Part shown: piece after piece, positions 10,973 through 21,981 of the stretch
Layout: every line of letters starts with the position of its first letter
Numbering within the stretch: the first letter of the stretch is position 1
Source of the DNA: a virus
Taxonomy: Duplodnaviria > Caudoviricetes
Direction: 5' to 3' (one strand)
IMG/VR virus record: IMGVR_UViG_3300033177_000258
DNA length: 64,000 nt
Position numbers and translations under genes: made by a program
The notes under the pieces: model-generated
The model's input: the letters and a program-made list of their open reading frames with translations, nothing else
What the model was told of the DNA's origin: nothing
Database searches by the model: none

Positions 10973-13434
10973 GCGTCACATCCATCTTGAAGACCAACGT
11001 CCCGCTCGCCGTGCTTGAAGAGCATGGGCCCCTCGTCTCCGTCATCATGCCGGTCTACCGCTATCGGCAGGTCATGGGACGCGCCATCGCAAGCGTGCTG
11101 GCCCAGCGGGTGGACTTCGAACTCCTGCTGGTAGACAACGGGAACGACGACAACACCTGGCAAGACATGCTTTGGTGGCGTCAGCAGGACAAGCGTATCC
11201 GTCCCATCCGGCTTGAGAAGAACATCTGGCTTTCTGGTGCTCGCAACACGGCGGCCTGGCATGCCAAGGGCAAGTACCTGGCCTTCCTGGACCCGGACGA
11301 TATGTTCTTGCCCGGCTTCCTGGAGCGCCGCCTTGCCTACCTCGAAGAGCACCCGGATATAGTGTTTTCCTATGGGGACGCCGTGCTTGAGTTGGCGCAG
11401 CAGGAGGGGGCGCTCATACCCTGCGGTCGGTGGGAGTACGACCCCGCATGGCAGACTGCGGCCAACTCCGTCCTCTGCCAGTCCGTTATTGTCCCGAAGT
11501 GGGCGTTCGTCGCCATAGGAGGGAACGAGCCTGAGTGGCACTTCGGCGAGGACTGGGGGGCGTGGGCGCGCGCGCACGCGGTGGGGCCATCCTACTACGA
11601 GCCGCGCAAGTCTTATGTGGCGACGCTTCATGGGCAGAACTGGCAATACATCACGCCGTCCAAGGTGCCCGACATCTATGACTGCAACCACATGGTTTCT
11701 TTCCACAACGCTCTTTGTGGCGGGTTCAGGAGCAGGAAGCTGTCGGTGCTCTGTGCCCTCCCCAACATCATCCCGAATGGGGCCCAGCGGCTGGCTCTGC
11801 GCGTGAACCAGCTCCTGCAAGAGCGGGGGCACCAGATAGATGTGGTTGTCCTCGGAGCTCACGAGAAAGACGATACCGACTGGGAAGCGAGCGGCCTGAG
11901 CCCACGCGCCTACGATGGGCGCTACGAGTTGCGGGACGCACTCGGTTCTTCTACGCACGACGCGGCAGTTGTTCATACCTGGCCGGGTCAAGACAAAGCC
12001 CTGCAGACCCACATGGCGCCCCCGGCGCTGGTGGTGCACCACTCCTGTGATGTTGATGTCCAGAACAACGTGCTCGGGTCTCCGCAACTGCAAGCCGTAG
12101 TGGCTAACCCCGAGCGGGCTACGGTGCGCTACTCTGACCATTTGGCGTCTGGCGCGGTCCCGTCCCTTATGCACATGCCCAACACACCGGGCCCCGAGCA
12201 GCCACAGCAGAACAAAGAGGAGTTGGCGGCCGAGTTCCGCCTGCCCACCGGGAAGCCATGGTTGCTTTGCCTGACGCGAGCGGATGCCGAGAAGGGCTGC
12301 GACGTGCTACTGCGCGTGCTCCCCGCCCTGCAGCAGTCTTTCGAGGTAGTGGTGGTGGGAATCACGAAGGGACAACAACTCTTCGAGCAGATTCCGGCCG
12401 CCCTGGCCGAAGCCGGGGCTCATTCGCTTGGTATTGTTCCGCACGATAAGGTCCTGTCGTTGATGGCCGCCAGCGAACTCCTGCTGGTCGTGTCGCGGCG
12501 AGAGGCCAACAGCATCGCCGTCATGGAGGCTGCAGTATTGGGTCTTCCCGTCGTGTGTTCGCGCGGGGCCGCTCCTCATTGGGGGGACGGCGTAACCCAG
12601 ATTGGGGTGTACGACGAAGGCGACGATGCTGGTTTGCTCGCTCTCTGCGGCCGCATGGCTGGTCGCGGCGCCCCCTACTTGCCTGTCGAGTGTTCGGAGC
12701 AGGTCGTCGCACTGCGGTACGAGGGTGCGTTGAGAGCCCTGGCTCTGCGCGGAGCTTGGCAGCACTGCCTTAGGTTCGCAGGGGGTGCGGGCGTCCTTCC
12801 TTTGCCCCACATCGCGGTGGAGCCTGCCACACCCATGGCTGGGCCTCTGGCATCCTGGGTCGCGGCGGACATCAAGCTGGGTTCCACGGAAGACCATCTA
12901 CCGCTGGACGCTAAGTTGCTGGTGCACGAGAACGGCGTGGCCGAATACTCCGAGGCCGGGCAGTCGTTCGGGCGCATATTCTTCAACCCCACGTTGTACG
13001 GCCCGGAAGCGGTCCCCGGCGACCTGTTGTGTCTGCCGCCAGTTGTGGCTGAGGAGCTCACTCCGGGCGGCTGCGTCTTAACGACCCGCGAGAGACCATA
13101 CGCCGAGCCGGCCGCTGTTCTTCAGTCTTTCTTGCCCCTGTCCAATCTGGCCTTTTCTGCAAGAATATATGTTGACTCCTTTGCAGAAATCCTGTATGCT
13201 CTTTCTGTCGGTGTGCCTCCAGTGTCAAGCGGCGGCTCATACGGGTTGTTCACCAACGACTATGATGGCATCGTCACTAGGACCGAGCACGAATTGCAGG
13301 TCACGGTGAAAGACAGAACAGACAATTTCTGGCGTGGGCGGATGGCTCAGTCCATCCATTACTGGCAGAAGCTCTATGCCCCGAACGGTCGCGTAGCCCG
13401 CGCCATAGCGCATCTCAGGTCTCTGAAGCGCTAG
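10969..13434 (+). CDS. Multidomain glycosyltransferase (GT2-GT4), paralog of the upstream gene
   Basis: [17 protein letters not shown]; [15 protein letters not shown]; ATGA overlap with the upstream stop. Confidence 0.9.
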   Translation: MSVTSILKTNVPLAVLEEHGPLVSVIMPVYRYRQVMGRAIASVLAQRVDFELLLVDNGNDDNTWQDMLWWRQQDKRIRPIRLEKNIWLSGARNTAAWHAKGKYLAFLDPDDMFLPGFLERRLAYLEEHPDIVFSYGDAVLELAQQEGALIPCGRWEYDPAWQTAANSVLCQSVIVPKWAFVAIGGNEPEWHFGEDWGAWARAHAVGPSYYEPRKSYVATLHGQNWQYITPSKVPDIYDCNHMVSFHNALCGGFRSRKLSVLCALPNIIPNGAQRLALRVNQLLQERGHQIDVVVLGAHEKDDTDWEASGLSPRAYDGRYELRDALGSSTHDAAVVHTWPGQDKALQTHMAPPALVVHHSCDVDVQNNVLGSPQLQAVVANPERATVRYSDHLASGAVPSLMHMPNTPGPEQPQQNKEELAAEFRLPTGKPWLLCLTRADAEKGCDVLLRVLPALQQSFEVVVVGITKGQQLFEQIPAALAEAGAHSLGIVPHDKVLSLMAASELLLVVSRREANSIAVMEAAVLGLPVVCSRGAAPHWGDGVTQIGVYDEGDDAGLLALCGRMAGRGAPYLPVECSEQVVALRYEGALRALALRGAWQHCLRFAGGAGVLPLPHIAVEPATPMAGPLASWVAADIKLGSTEDHLPLDAKLLVHENGVAEYSEAGQSFGRIFFNPTLYGPEAVPGDLLCLPPVVAEELTPGGCVLTTRERPYAEPAAVLQSFLPLSNLAFSARIYVDSFAEILYALSVGVPPVSSGGSYGLFTNDYDGIVTRTEHELQVTVKDRTDNFWRGRMAQSIHYWQKLYAPNGRVARAIAHLRSLKR

Positions 13435-13477
13435 AACAACACACAACATCATTGCAGCATGCGTAGAAGGAGCTATC

Positions 13478-14017
13478 ATGTCTCACGATTCTTCCCCTGA
13501 TGTAAAGCCCATGGTTGAAGAGCCGGGCGCCCCCGTTACTGAAGACGCCCCCGAAGCGCCTCCGGCGCAGACCGGCAAGGCCAAGAAGGTCGGCCGGAAC
13601 GACCCCTGCCCCTGCGGCTCAGGCAAGAAGTACAAAGCCTGCTGCATCCATCTTGAAGAAGACGCGGCAGTCGTCAACGCTATTCTGGCCAAGATTCCGC
13701 AGGGCGTCACGGAGAACATGCCGCACTTCATCAACTGGCTGCTGAACACGGGCCAGATTCGCTACCTGGGCTGGGTTAAGCCCGAGGCGTGGGACCTGCT
13801 TCTCCTCCAGACCCTGCACGCCCGCTGCCTGACAGACATGCAGATGCAGGCGCGCCAGCAGCAGGAGCGGCAGGCGTCCAACCCGGAATGGCTCGCCCAG
13901 CAGCGCGAACATCTCGCCGCTCAGCTCGGCAAACTTGACGAGCGGCTCGCTGAGCTGGCCCAGAGCGAAGAGTCTGCACGGCCGCCGTCTCCTGGGAATA
14001 CTTCTCCTGCCACGTAG
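13478..14017 (+). CDS. SEC-C metal-binding motif protein
   Basis: [20 protein letters not shown]. Confidence 0.8.
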   Translation: MSHDSSPDVKPMVEEPGAPVTEDAPEAPPAQTGKAKKVGRNDPCPCGSGKKYKACCIHLEEDAAVVNAILAKIPQGVTENMPHFINWLLNTGQIRYLGWVKPEAWDLLLLQTLHARCLTDMQMQARQQQERQASNPEWLAQQREHLAAQLGKLDERLAELAQSEESARPPSPGNTSPAT

Positions 14018-14052
14018 TTCCCCCACCCGAGAAATTACCCCAGGAGGACCCT

Positions 14053-16161
14053 TTGATAATGGTTGTAAAGCGTGATGGTACTAGGGTCGTTTTCGACCGT
14101 AGCCGCATCGAGGACGCCGTATACAAGGCGTTCTGTGCTGTGGCCCAACACAATGAAACAAGCAGCCGGCAGTATGCCGAGACAGTAACAGAAGACGTAA
14201 CCAACAACCTACCCAGCCTGGACCGCGATGTCGCAGTAGAGGACATCCAGGACGCCGTAGAGCAAGCACTGATGCGCCAGGGCCACCACAAAGAGGCCCG
14301 AGCCTACATCGTGTATCGAGAGCAGCGCAGCACCAGCCGCGACTTCAACCGCATGTTCGTGCAGGTGGACAGACTGGCTGACAGCTACCTGGGCCAGGCG
14401 GACTGGAGAATCAGCGAAAACGCTAACGTGACGTTCAGCCTCCAGGGGCTCAACAACTATCTGGCTGATGCGCTCACGGCGCGGTATTGGATGCACATTT
14501 TGCCAGCAGAAGCTGCAGAGGCGCATCGCGAAGGCATCATGCACATCCACGACCTCGGAATCTTTGCCCCGTACTGTTGCGGGTGGGACCTCAAACAACT
14601 CCTCGATGAAGGATTCGGTGGGGTGCCCGGCAAGGTTCAGAGCCGCCCTCCGCTGCATCTGCGCACTGCTTTGGGACAGGCTGTCAACTTCATATTCACT
14701 CTTCAAGGCGAGTCTGCGGGAGCGCAGGCTTTCTCCAACTTTGACACCCTGCTCGCGCCGTTTGTGAGGGAAGACGGGCTTTCGTATCGCCAGGTCAAGC
14801 AAGCGATGCAGGAGTTTGTGTACAACATGAACGTCGCCACGAGGGTTGGGGGGCAGAGCCCCTTCAGTAACATCACGCTCGACGTAACAGTCCCGGTGAC
14901 CTTCTCTGACGAGTACGCGTCCATCGGCGGCAAGCTGCTGTCCTACAAGTACAGCACTCTGCAGGCCGAGATGGATATGATTAACCGGGCGCTGGCCGAG
15001 GTTCTGGTGGAAGGAGACGCCAGCGGGCGTCCCTTCACCTTCCCCATCCCGACGTATAACATCTGGGGCGGTACCGACTACGAACATGAGCGCTGGGGCC
15101 CCATCTGGAAGATGGCGGCCGAGACCGGCTTGCCCTACTTCGCCAACTTTGTCAACAGCGACATGCGGCCGGAAGATGTGCGCTCCATGTGCTGCCGCCT
15201 GCGCCTGAACCATGACGAGATGAAGCGGCGTTTGGGCGGTTTGTTTGGTAGCACTCCTCTTACCGGGAGCGTGGGCGTCGTCACCATCAACCTGGCTCGT
15301 GCGGCTTTGATGGCGGGCTCCGATGTCGGCGCCTACCTGGAGAATCTGCGCCAGGCCGTGGCTCTGGCTGAGTCGGCGTTGGTGGCGCGCCGCAAAATAG
15401 TGGACGATATGACGCGCGCCGGCCTCTACCCGTACTCCCGGCACTACCTGCAGGGGGTCAAGGAGCAGAACGGCAGCTACTGGTCTCAACACTTCCTGAC
15501 CATCGGTCTCTGCGGCGCGCATGAAGCCGCCATGGAGCTCTTCGGGAAGGGCATCGAGAGCGTCGAGGGATACGAATTGGCGTCCACCACCCTAGACTTC
15601 CTGCGGGAGCAGGTGGATGCTCTTAATGCCAAGTACGGGGAAGAACACTACATGTTCAACCTCGAAGCGACGCCGGCCGAGGGCGCGAGCTTCCGGTTGG
15701 CTAAGGCCGACGCTGAGCGTTACCCGGCCAGCTACGCCGCCCAGTCTGGTGGTATGCCTTATACCGGCAGCACTCTACAGCCGGTGGATTCCGAGTTGTC
15801 GCTGTTCGACGCTCTGACCTTCCAGGCTGAGCTCCAAACCAAGTACACCGGAGGCACGGTCTTCCATGCTTACATGGGCCAGCCTCTGACGAGCCCCGAC
15901 CAGGCCCGCCACCTCGTTTCATACATGTGCTCGAACTTCCGCCTGCCCTACCTAACTCTGTCGCCGGTCTACAGCATCTGTCCGACACACGGCCGGATGC
16001 CGGGCGAACATGAGACCTGCCCTACCTGTGGCAGCGACTGCGAGGTCTGGAGCCGCATCGTCGGCTACTACCGGCCAGTCAGCCAGTGGAGTGCGGGGAA
16101 GCAGAAGGAACACGAGGCGCGGGTCTACTATGAGCCGGAAGGAGTTCTTTCGCAGACATGA
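14053..16161 (+). CDS. nrdD: Anaerobic (class III) ribonucleoside-triphosphate reductase
   Basis: N-terminal ATP cone (VVKRDG), YCCG, SMCCRL, glycyl radical motif RIVGYY. Confidence 0.96.
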   Translation: MIMVVKRDGTRVVFDRSRIEDAVYKAFCAVAQHNETSSRQYAETVTEDVTNNLPSLDRDVAVEDIQDAVEQALMRQGHHKEARAYIVYREQRSTSRDFNRMFVQVDRLADSYLGQADWRISENANVTFSLQGLNNYLADALTARYWMHILPAEAAEAHREGIMHIHDLGIFAPYCCGWDLKQLLDEGFGGVPGKVQSRPPLHLRTALGQAVNFIFTLQGESAGAQAFSNFDTLLAPFVREDGLSYRQVKQAMQEFVYNMNVATRVGGQSPFSNITLDVTVPVTFSDEYASIGGKLLSYKYSTLQAEMDMINRALAEVLVEGDASGRPFTFPIPTYNIWGGTDYEHERWGPIWKMAAETGLPYFANFVNSDMRPEDVRSMCCRLRLNHDEMKRRLGGLFGSTPLTGSVGVVTINLARAALMAGSDVGAYLENLRQAVALAESALVARRKIVDDMTRAGLYPYSRHYLQGVKEQNGSYWSQHFLTIGLCGAHEAAMELFGKGIESVEGYELASTTLDFLREQVDALNAKYGEEHYMFNLEATPAEGASFRLAKADAERYPASYAAQSGGMPYTGSTLQPVDSELSLFDALTFQAELQTKYTGGTVFHAYMGQPLTSPDQARHLVSYMCSNFRLPYLTLSPVYSICPTHGRMPGEHETCPTCGSDCEVWSRIVGYYRPVSQWSAGKQKEHEARVYYEPEGVLSQT

Positions 16162-16988
16162 TGAAAGCGGCTTTCAAGTTCGGTCTGACGCCCGAGAGTA
16201 CAGTTGACTGGCGCGGTCGTTTGGCAGCAGCCATCTGGCTCCCACAATGCAGCTTCAGGTGCCCCTTTTGCCATAACGGTGAATTGGTGAAGGGCAACTT
16301 GGATGTGGCCTATTCTCTTGAAGAAGTGATAGAGGAGGTTATTTCCAAGCGCCAAGGGTTGCTGCAGGGGGTTGTGCTCTCGGGCGGAGAGCCGCTCTTT
16401 AGTGTGGCCCAGTGCGACGCCGTGTGCGAAGCTATCGGCGGTCGCCTCCCCATCAAGTTGGACACCAATGGCAGTTTCCCGGAATCTTTCACCGACTTCG
16501 TTGAGCGCTGGAAGCCAGATTACGTTGCCATTGACATCAAAGGAGCGCCCGAGAACTACGCTGAAGTGGCGGGGCTCTCCGTTCCTCCTCGTATGCTGGC
16601 GTCTTCGGTGATGGCTACCCTGGAGACGGCGCTGGCGTTCGAGGTTCCCCACGTAGAACTGCGCACCACCGTCATCCCCGGCCTCAACGATGAAGACGCG
16701 CCCGCCATTGCCGAGTGGGTTGGGCACCTCGCCCCCTACATCACCGAATACTCGGTGCAGGCGTTCCAGCCGGGGCGCTGTCTCGACCGCTTCTTCAACC
16801 GTGTCCAGGCCACTCCCGCCGACATGCTCCAGCATTTCGCCGGTGTCATCAAGGGCGCCGGCTTCAATGCGCAGATAACACATGGTGCAGTAGCCGATAC
16901 AGACATCGAGGCGCTGGACGCGACAACAGACGCAACTGGAACTGCCGACCCGTCCGGGTCGGCCATCTTGGCCGAAGACCTTGAGTAG
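16158..16988 (+). CDS. nrdG: Class III RNR activating radical SAM protein
   Basis: CSFRCPFCHN, SGGEP, KLDTNG; directly follows nrdD. Confidence 0.92.
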   Translation: MMKAAFKFGLTPESTVDWRGRLAAAIWLPQCSFRCPFCHNGELVKGNLDVAYSLEEVIEEVISKRQGLLQGVVLSGGEPLFSVAQCDAVCEAIGGRLPIKLDTNGSFPESFTDFVERWKPDYVAIDIKGAPENYAEVAGLSVPPRMLASSVMATLETALAFEVPHVELRTTVIPGLNDEDAPAIAEWVGHLAPYITEYSVQAFQPGRCLDRFFNRVQATPADMLQHFAGVIKGAGFNAQITHGAVADTDIEALDATTDATGTADPSGSAILAEDLE

Positions 16989-17003
16989 GAATTGGAGGTA
17001 GAC

Positions 17004-18215
17004 ATGAGTTCTAACCACGGTTACGGGGGCTACCCACCGCCACAGCCGGAGTTCGCTCCGGCCCCGCCGCAACAGCCATACCCTATGCCGGCCCCGCAGT
17101 ACGCCGCCCCCGCCATGCCGACCGATGTCATGGTGCGCGCGCAGCAGCTTCTGGCGGAAGCGCCGCAGCCCAACGACGCACTGCTGCGCTACGTTACCGA
17201 AGCGGCATCGCCTGACAAGAAAGCCCTGCAGGCGAAGTTCGATGACGACGACGTGTTCAAGCTGAGCTGGGGCCGCGTGCCCAAGCACAAGGCATACGTC
17301 AAGCGCCTGTGCGAAGTGGCCCCGACCTACTTCTACACCATCCTCGGGCAGACCATCGTGGCGTTCGCCAATGACATCTGGTACCTGACTGCCGGCCGTA
17401 TGGTCATCCCCGGCGTAGGCGTCTGCGACGCTGTGGGCGCGGCCTCGTTCCGCGACAAGGCGTTTGGGGACAAGAGCACGGGCGCGAACATCCACAGCCC
17501 AGGCTACGGCGGCTACGCCCCGTCCAAGAACGCCAACAAGTCCGAGATGGACAACATGTGGCCGCAGTTCATGAAGCTGGCCGAGACCAACGCTTTCACC
17601 CGCTGTGCCTTCCGCCTGGGTGTGGGCCTCGAAGACGCCGATGACGAAGAAGACGGCGCGGCCGCAGCCACCTACACGCCGCCCCCGCCGCCGCCGAGTG
17701 GTGGCCCCGGCATGCCGCCGCCTCCTGGCGCGGCTCCCGTGGGGCCGCCCCCCATGCCGCCACAGCCCGGTTACGACCCGAGCGCGGCGGGTTGGGCCCC
17801 GGCCCCGGTTCCGCAGCAGCCGCCGATGTATGGGCAGCCGCCGCAAGCGCCGCCCGTGTACCAGCAGCCCGCGATGCCGGCGCCACCAATGGCTCCCATG
17901 CCGCAGGCCCCAATGCCCCAGGCTCCCATGCCGCAGGCCCCGATGCCCCAGGCGCCGCCGCAGGCTCACTATGCGGCCCCGCAGCCGCCCGACATGGGCC
18001 AGGGGGCGCCCACGGTCAACACCTTGACGGGGAAGCCTTCTGACGAGCAGTTGCAGCGCCTGCGCGATACCATTGCGCATACGGGCATCCCCAACGAAGC
18101 GCTGGCCGGCATCCTGGCCAACTTCGGTCTGGCCGACATCTCCGAGGTCAACGTGGCGCAGTTGGGCAGCATCGAGAACCTGGTCAAGCAGTACAAGCCG
18201 GAGGGTGATGGCTAA
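17004..18215 (+). CDS. Rad52/Sak-like single-strand annealing protein with Pro-rich linker
   Basis: 'KLAETNAFTRCAFRLGVGL' resembles the Rad52-family helix; long P/Q/A region. Confidence 0.6.
   Translation: MSSNHGYGGYPPPQPEFAPAPPQQPYPMPAPQYAAPAMPTDVMVRAQQLLAEAPQPNDALLRYVTEAASPDKKALQAKFDDDDVFKLSWGRVPKHKAYVKRLCEVAPTYFYTILGQTIVAFANDIWYLTAGRMVIPGVGVCDAVGAASFRDKAFGDKSTGANIHSPGYGGYAPSKNANKSEMDNMWPQFMKLAETNAFTRCAFRLGVGLEDADDEEDGAAAATYTPPPPPPSGGPGMPPPPGAAPVGPPPMPPQPGYDPSAAGWAPAPVPQQPPMYGQPPQAPPVYQQPAMPAPPMAPMPQAPMPQAPMPQAPMPQAPPQAHYAAPQPPDMGQGAPTVNTLTGKPSDEQLQRLRDTIAHTGIPNEALAGILANFGLADISEVNVAQLGSIENLVKQYKPEGDG
17898..17957 (+). repeat. Four 15-bp tandem repeats encoding MPQAP
   Basis: ATGCCSCAGGCNCCN x4. 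Confidence 0.8.
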
Positions 18216-18862
18216 TGCCGAGGATAGCAGTCTCCGGGCCCATCTGCTCGGGCAAGTCAACCGTCACTCAACCCATCGTCTCAGACTTCGGTTACGAGCA
18301 TGAATCGCTGGCGAAGCCGCTCAAGCAGTTGGCTGCCGCCGCCATTCTCGATACCGTCATGCGCGACAGCACGGTGGCCGTACTGCTGCAGCGCCTCTTC
18401 AACCAGCGGCCAAGTCTCGGGGTCCGTGCCCTGCAGGCGTATGAGACACTGCGCGCAGAGCACGCGGACGAGCTTGAGACACAGCGAGACGGGGGCAAGC
18501 CCCGCGTCTTCCTCCAGCAGCTCGGCTCCGCCTTCCGCGAACTCGATGTGGACGTGTGGGCCAAGGACCTCATCGCTCGCACGTCGGATGGCCGCTCATT
18601 CGTGGTGGACGACCTGCGCTATGAGAACGAGGCTCGCATCATGCGGGCCAATGGCTGGCGCTTGGTCCGCTGCCAGGTGCCGCTGGAGATTCGCAAGGAG
18701 CGCATCCGGGGTCTCTACGGCTCCTACGACGAGAGCATCTTGCAGCACCCGAGCGAAACCGGGCTAGACAACTGGACCGACTGGGACTACCTCATTGACA
18801 CCAGCGTGCCGTTCGAGGACCAGTCGCTCGAAGTGCTGCGCATGATGGAGGCGATGTTCTGA
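18215..18862 (+). CDS. Deoxynucleoside monophosphate kinase
   Basis: SGPICSGKST, LAKPLK, R.FLQQLG, DDLRYENE, HPSE. Confidence 0.88.
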   Translation: MPRIAVSGPICSGKSTVTQPIVSDFGYEHESLAKPLKQLAAAAILDTVMRDSTVAVLLQRLFNQRPSLGVRALQAYETLRAEHADELETQRDGGKPRVFLQQLGSAFRELDVDVWAKDLIARTSDGRSFVVDDLRYENEARIMRANGWRLVRCQVPLEIRKERIRGLYGSYDESILQHPSETGLDNWTDWDYLIDTSVPFEDQSLEVLRMMEAMF

Positions 18863-19278
18863 TGGCGACCGACCAGTATGTCGTAGCCGAGTTGCTGATG
18901 GAAGACAGGGAGCGAGCGCGCCGGCAGAAGGCATGCTTCTCCGCCTGTAACATCTGCACCAAGTGCGAGCACTTCACGAGCGAGTACCCCGAGTGCCGGG
19001 CCTGCTACCCGTCTGACCCGGAGTACCAGGCCGTGACCCATTCTTGGGAGCACTGCCATTGCCGGCAGTTGCCGTGGGTTGACTCCATCGGCGGCCGGCA
19101 GCATAGCAACCTGGTGCTCCCCAGCATGCAGAACCCCAAGGTGCGCGACCAATTCAAGCAGACCATCGCCGAGGCCGACAAGAGCAACCTCGTTGAAGAG
19201 ATGGCGCAAGCTCTTGAAGAGTCGGGCGTTTCCCTGCCCGAGGACGCCGCCAAGACGACTATCCGACAGGCCCGATAA
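18862..19278 (+). CDS. Cys-rich hypothetical protein
   Basis: Translationally coupled ORF with CxxC clusters. Confidence 0.65.
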   Translation: MATDQYVVAELLMEDRERARRQKACFSACNICTKCEHFTSEYPECRACYPSDPEYQAVTHSWEHCHCRQLPWVDSIGGRQHSNLVLPSMQNPKVRDQFKQTIAEADKSNLVEEMAQALEESGVSLPEDAAKTTIRQAR

Positions 19279-19317
19279 GGCGCCTCTGCCGTTCCCAACA
19301 GAAAGGACACCGCACCC

Positions 19318-20469
19318 ATGAAAGTCAACTTCGCTCGCTTGGTCGGTCCCGCCATCCAGGCCAGGGCACCTCAACTGGAGCTGGTGTGCCAGCAGGGAGT
19401 AGTGACCGCGCGCGGTTACTCCGCTGGCGAAATCATCTGCCAGCCCCCCGACCAGGAAGTCTCAGGCGATGACTGGTCCATCACGGTCGAGACCCGCATG
19501 CTGTCCCCCATCAAGGACATCGGTGACGCCGAGCTCTCCATCGGGGAGAACGACGGCGCCCCCTGCCTGAGCATCGTTTCCGGCAAGAGCGAGTTCGAGC
19601 TGCCCGCCTTCGACAGCCAGGTTCCCAAGAACGAGCACATCACGGAAGTGGCCCTCCTTCTGGAAGGCCCGGTGCTCAAGGACGCGCTCCAGTTCCTGGC
19701 TCCGTATCACAACAAGGGCTCCAAGGCCGTTACCGGCGTGGACCATGGTTGCCTCTACCTGTACGCCGATGCCAACAATCGGCTGCGCATGGCCGCCACC
19801 TCCAGCTACGTCCTGGCGCACGTGGGCGGCGACGCCCTGCCGTCCCTGCCCGACGATATGGCGGGCATCATCAGGGCCGGCAAGACGGCCTTCCGCCTCA
19901 TCCCGTGGGAGCTGCTCACCGTAGGCACGCCAAAGTCGCTGTCCATCTGCGGCGATGGTGCCGTGGTTGAGTTCGAAGAAGGCATCAAGGTGGTGGCGTC
20001 CTGGGCTGAGACCAAGGTCCCGGACTGGACCATCCTGACCTGCCCGCGCCGCACCAAGGGCTGGCATGCCACTGTCTCGCGGGAAGAGTTCACCAGCCAC
20101 TTCAAGCGCGTCGCGGCCTACATCAGCGTAGTGGGCGACGAGGCTCTCCCGGTCATCAAGACGGGCAAGAGCGGCCTCGGCATTTCCATCCGTGGTGGGC
20201 GCGGCCGCATCGAGACCGAAGTCCCGGCCGACGTGTCGGCGCAGGCCAGCGCCACCTATGAGACCCCAGCGAGCGGCATCCACCTGCGCGGCTTTGGCCC
20301 CCAGGTTGGCATGGTTGTGCCCAAGGAAGTCGGCTTCCTGCTACCCGAGGACCTGAAAGACGATGCCGAGCCGGAAGTCGCGAGCTCCATGCTGTTCTGG
20401 GAGGATAGCGCCTTGTCGGGCGGCACGCTGGAGAAGAATGTATCGGTCGTCCTGTCCGAGCAGGGATGA
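19318..20469 (+). CDS. DNA polymerase III beta clamp-like protein
   Basis: 383 aa; 'LRMAATSSYVLA' resembles VATDGHRLA; 'VPDW' resembles FPDY; dnaE and dnaX are in the window. Confidence 0.6.
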   Translation: MKVNFARLVGPAIQARAPQLELVCQQGVVTARGYSAGEIICQPPDQEVSGDDWSITVETRMLSPIKDIGDAELSIGENDGAPCLSIVSGKSEFELPAFDSQVPKNEHITEVALLLEGPVLKDALQFLAPYHNKGSKAVTGVDHGCLYLYADANNRLRMAATSSYVLAHVGGDALPSLPDDMAGIIRAGKTAFRLIPWELLTVGTPKSLSICGDGAVVEFEEGIKVVASWAETKVPDWTILTCPRRTKGWHATVSREEFTSHFKRVAAYISVVGDEALPVIKTGKSGLGISIRGGRGRIETEVPADVSAQASATYETPASGIHLRGFGPQVGMVVPKEVGFLLPEDLKDDAEPEVASSMLFWEDSALSGGTLEKNVSVVLSEQG

Positions 20470-20475
20470 TAGACA

Positions 20476-20910
20476 ATGGTTGACGTGACCGTCATCAAAG
20501 AGGGCTGGGACGGAGTAGGCAACTACTGGCCGAAAGAGGCGCTCGTCGCCATGGCCAAGCGCTACACGGCCTGGCGAGAAGAGAACGCCCGAGCGGGTAA
20601 ACCTACCGCCATGCCAATCCGGGTCGGCGGCCCCAACGGCCCAGCCCTCGGTCACGTTGACAGCATGTGGTACGACATCTCGTGGAACGCTCTGCGTGCC
20701 AGCATAGACTGCAGCACCGCCCGGCTGCCCGATGGATGGCAGGGGCCAACGCCTGAAGACATGCTCTCGACGGCTCCCGTAATCGCACTGTACCGGGTCG
20801 TGGATAAGGAAGACTTTGGGGGTCCCGGCTCTGGCTACAAGGTGAAGGAAGGGCACGTAGCGCGGCTCTTCATCAAGCAGATGCCGCAAGGAGTGAAGAT
20901 GCAGCAATAG
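20476..20910 (+). CDS. Hypothetical protein
   Basis: Collinear ORF; its TAG stop coincides with the tnpB3 element end. Confidence 0.65.
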   Translation: MVDVTVIKEGWDGVGNYWPKEALVAMAKRYTAWREENARAGKPTAMPIRVGGPNGPALGHVDSMWYDISWNALRASIDCSTARLPDGWQGPTPEDMLSTAPVIALYRVVDKEDFGGPGSGYKVKEGHVARLFIKQMPQGVKMQQ

Positions 20911-21969
20911 GCTATTGCCTGTCACAGGCAACTCGCAGCTAGCCCAAGTACAGCAGCCGCCGCGTATGGCTGATTGACTGCAGCCCTGCGGCCGATTTCG
21001 ACCGCAGCGAAGTGGTCGGCTGGCCCAGCGAGACCGCACGACACACAGAGGAATTGGTCGCGAGTAGGACGGTTCGCCTTCGCGACATGACCGCACCCAG
21101 GACATGTTCGACTGGTATTCCTGGGGTCTACCTTGACAAACGGCACACCAGCCAAAGCAGCCTTGTACTCTACAAACGAGGCCAACTGGTAGAAGCCCCT
21201 GGAGACTTCATGGTTGACGTGGCGCCCGAAACGACTCTCCCGTCCGCTCTGTTGCTTCAGCCGGCGCGTGGCCGACCTTGTGCCTTTGCTCTGGAGCCTG
21301 GCTCGCAATGACGCATGACGGCGGCGCAAGCCGTTGACTTCGGCCCCGCTGAAGTTCTCGCCGTCGCTGTCGGTAGTTATGTTGACGACACCCATGTCTA
21401 CGCCGAGCCAATCCTTGGGTTGCTTTTGCGGGGGTTCGGGAATGTCAACGACTACGCAGAGGTAGAATTGCCCATCACGGAGCACGAGGTCGGCTTGGCC
21501 TCTGACCCCGTAAGCGGTAATCCGCTCATGGGCATAGCCATATACGACGACCGGCATCTTGAGCCGTCCCGAGACCGACAAGATAGACACGGTATCAAGC
21601 CCTTTGAACGAGAGGTTGCGTTGGTCGTATACCACTGAGCCCCGCGCTCTGAAAGTCGGTTGCTTCTTCTTGTCGCGCTTGTAGACTTCGCAGACCTTGG
21701 CAATGGCGCGAACAGCCAACTGGGCGGGTAGAGAGAACCGCTCTCGGGCCCCCTGGTAAGTAAGACGGTGTACGACATTGCGGTTGGCGGAGCCGTTCTC
21801 ATAGGCTACGCTGGAAATCCAATTACACGCCGTATTGAACGACTCCATGGTATCAACCAGGGCGTGGTGCTGGTCGGAGGAAGGCGCGAGTTTGAGCTGC
21901 AGTGTGGTGTTCATCGGGTAGAAGTATCCCGTGGTGTGCCGGGTTGTGTTTGAAGTTTTTCATCAAACG
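20907..21969 (-). mobile_element. tnpB-only (IS1341-like) element, copy 3
   Basis: Ends shared with 54109..55283: left end CGTTTGATGAAAAACTTCAAAC hairpin, right end ...AGCCTAT. Confidence 0.8.
20922..21914 (-). pseudogene. tnpB: TnpB with in-frame 38-aa deletion removing the RuvC-II Glu
   Basis: Closely similar to 54122..55228 but lacks NHVVAK...VEDL...ALHSW (330 vs 368 aa). Confidence 0.85.
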
Positions 21970-21981
21970 GGGTTGATTGCA

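Noticed and set aside
16128-18260. Long antisense ORFs (also 3266..4780, 14209..15522, 50354..51784)
   Set aside because: They are shadows of GC-rich sense genes and carry no recognisable motifs.
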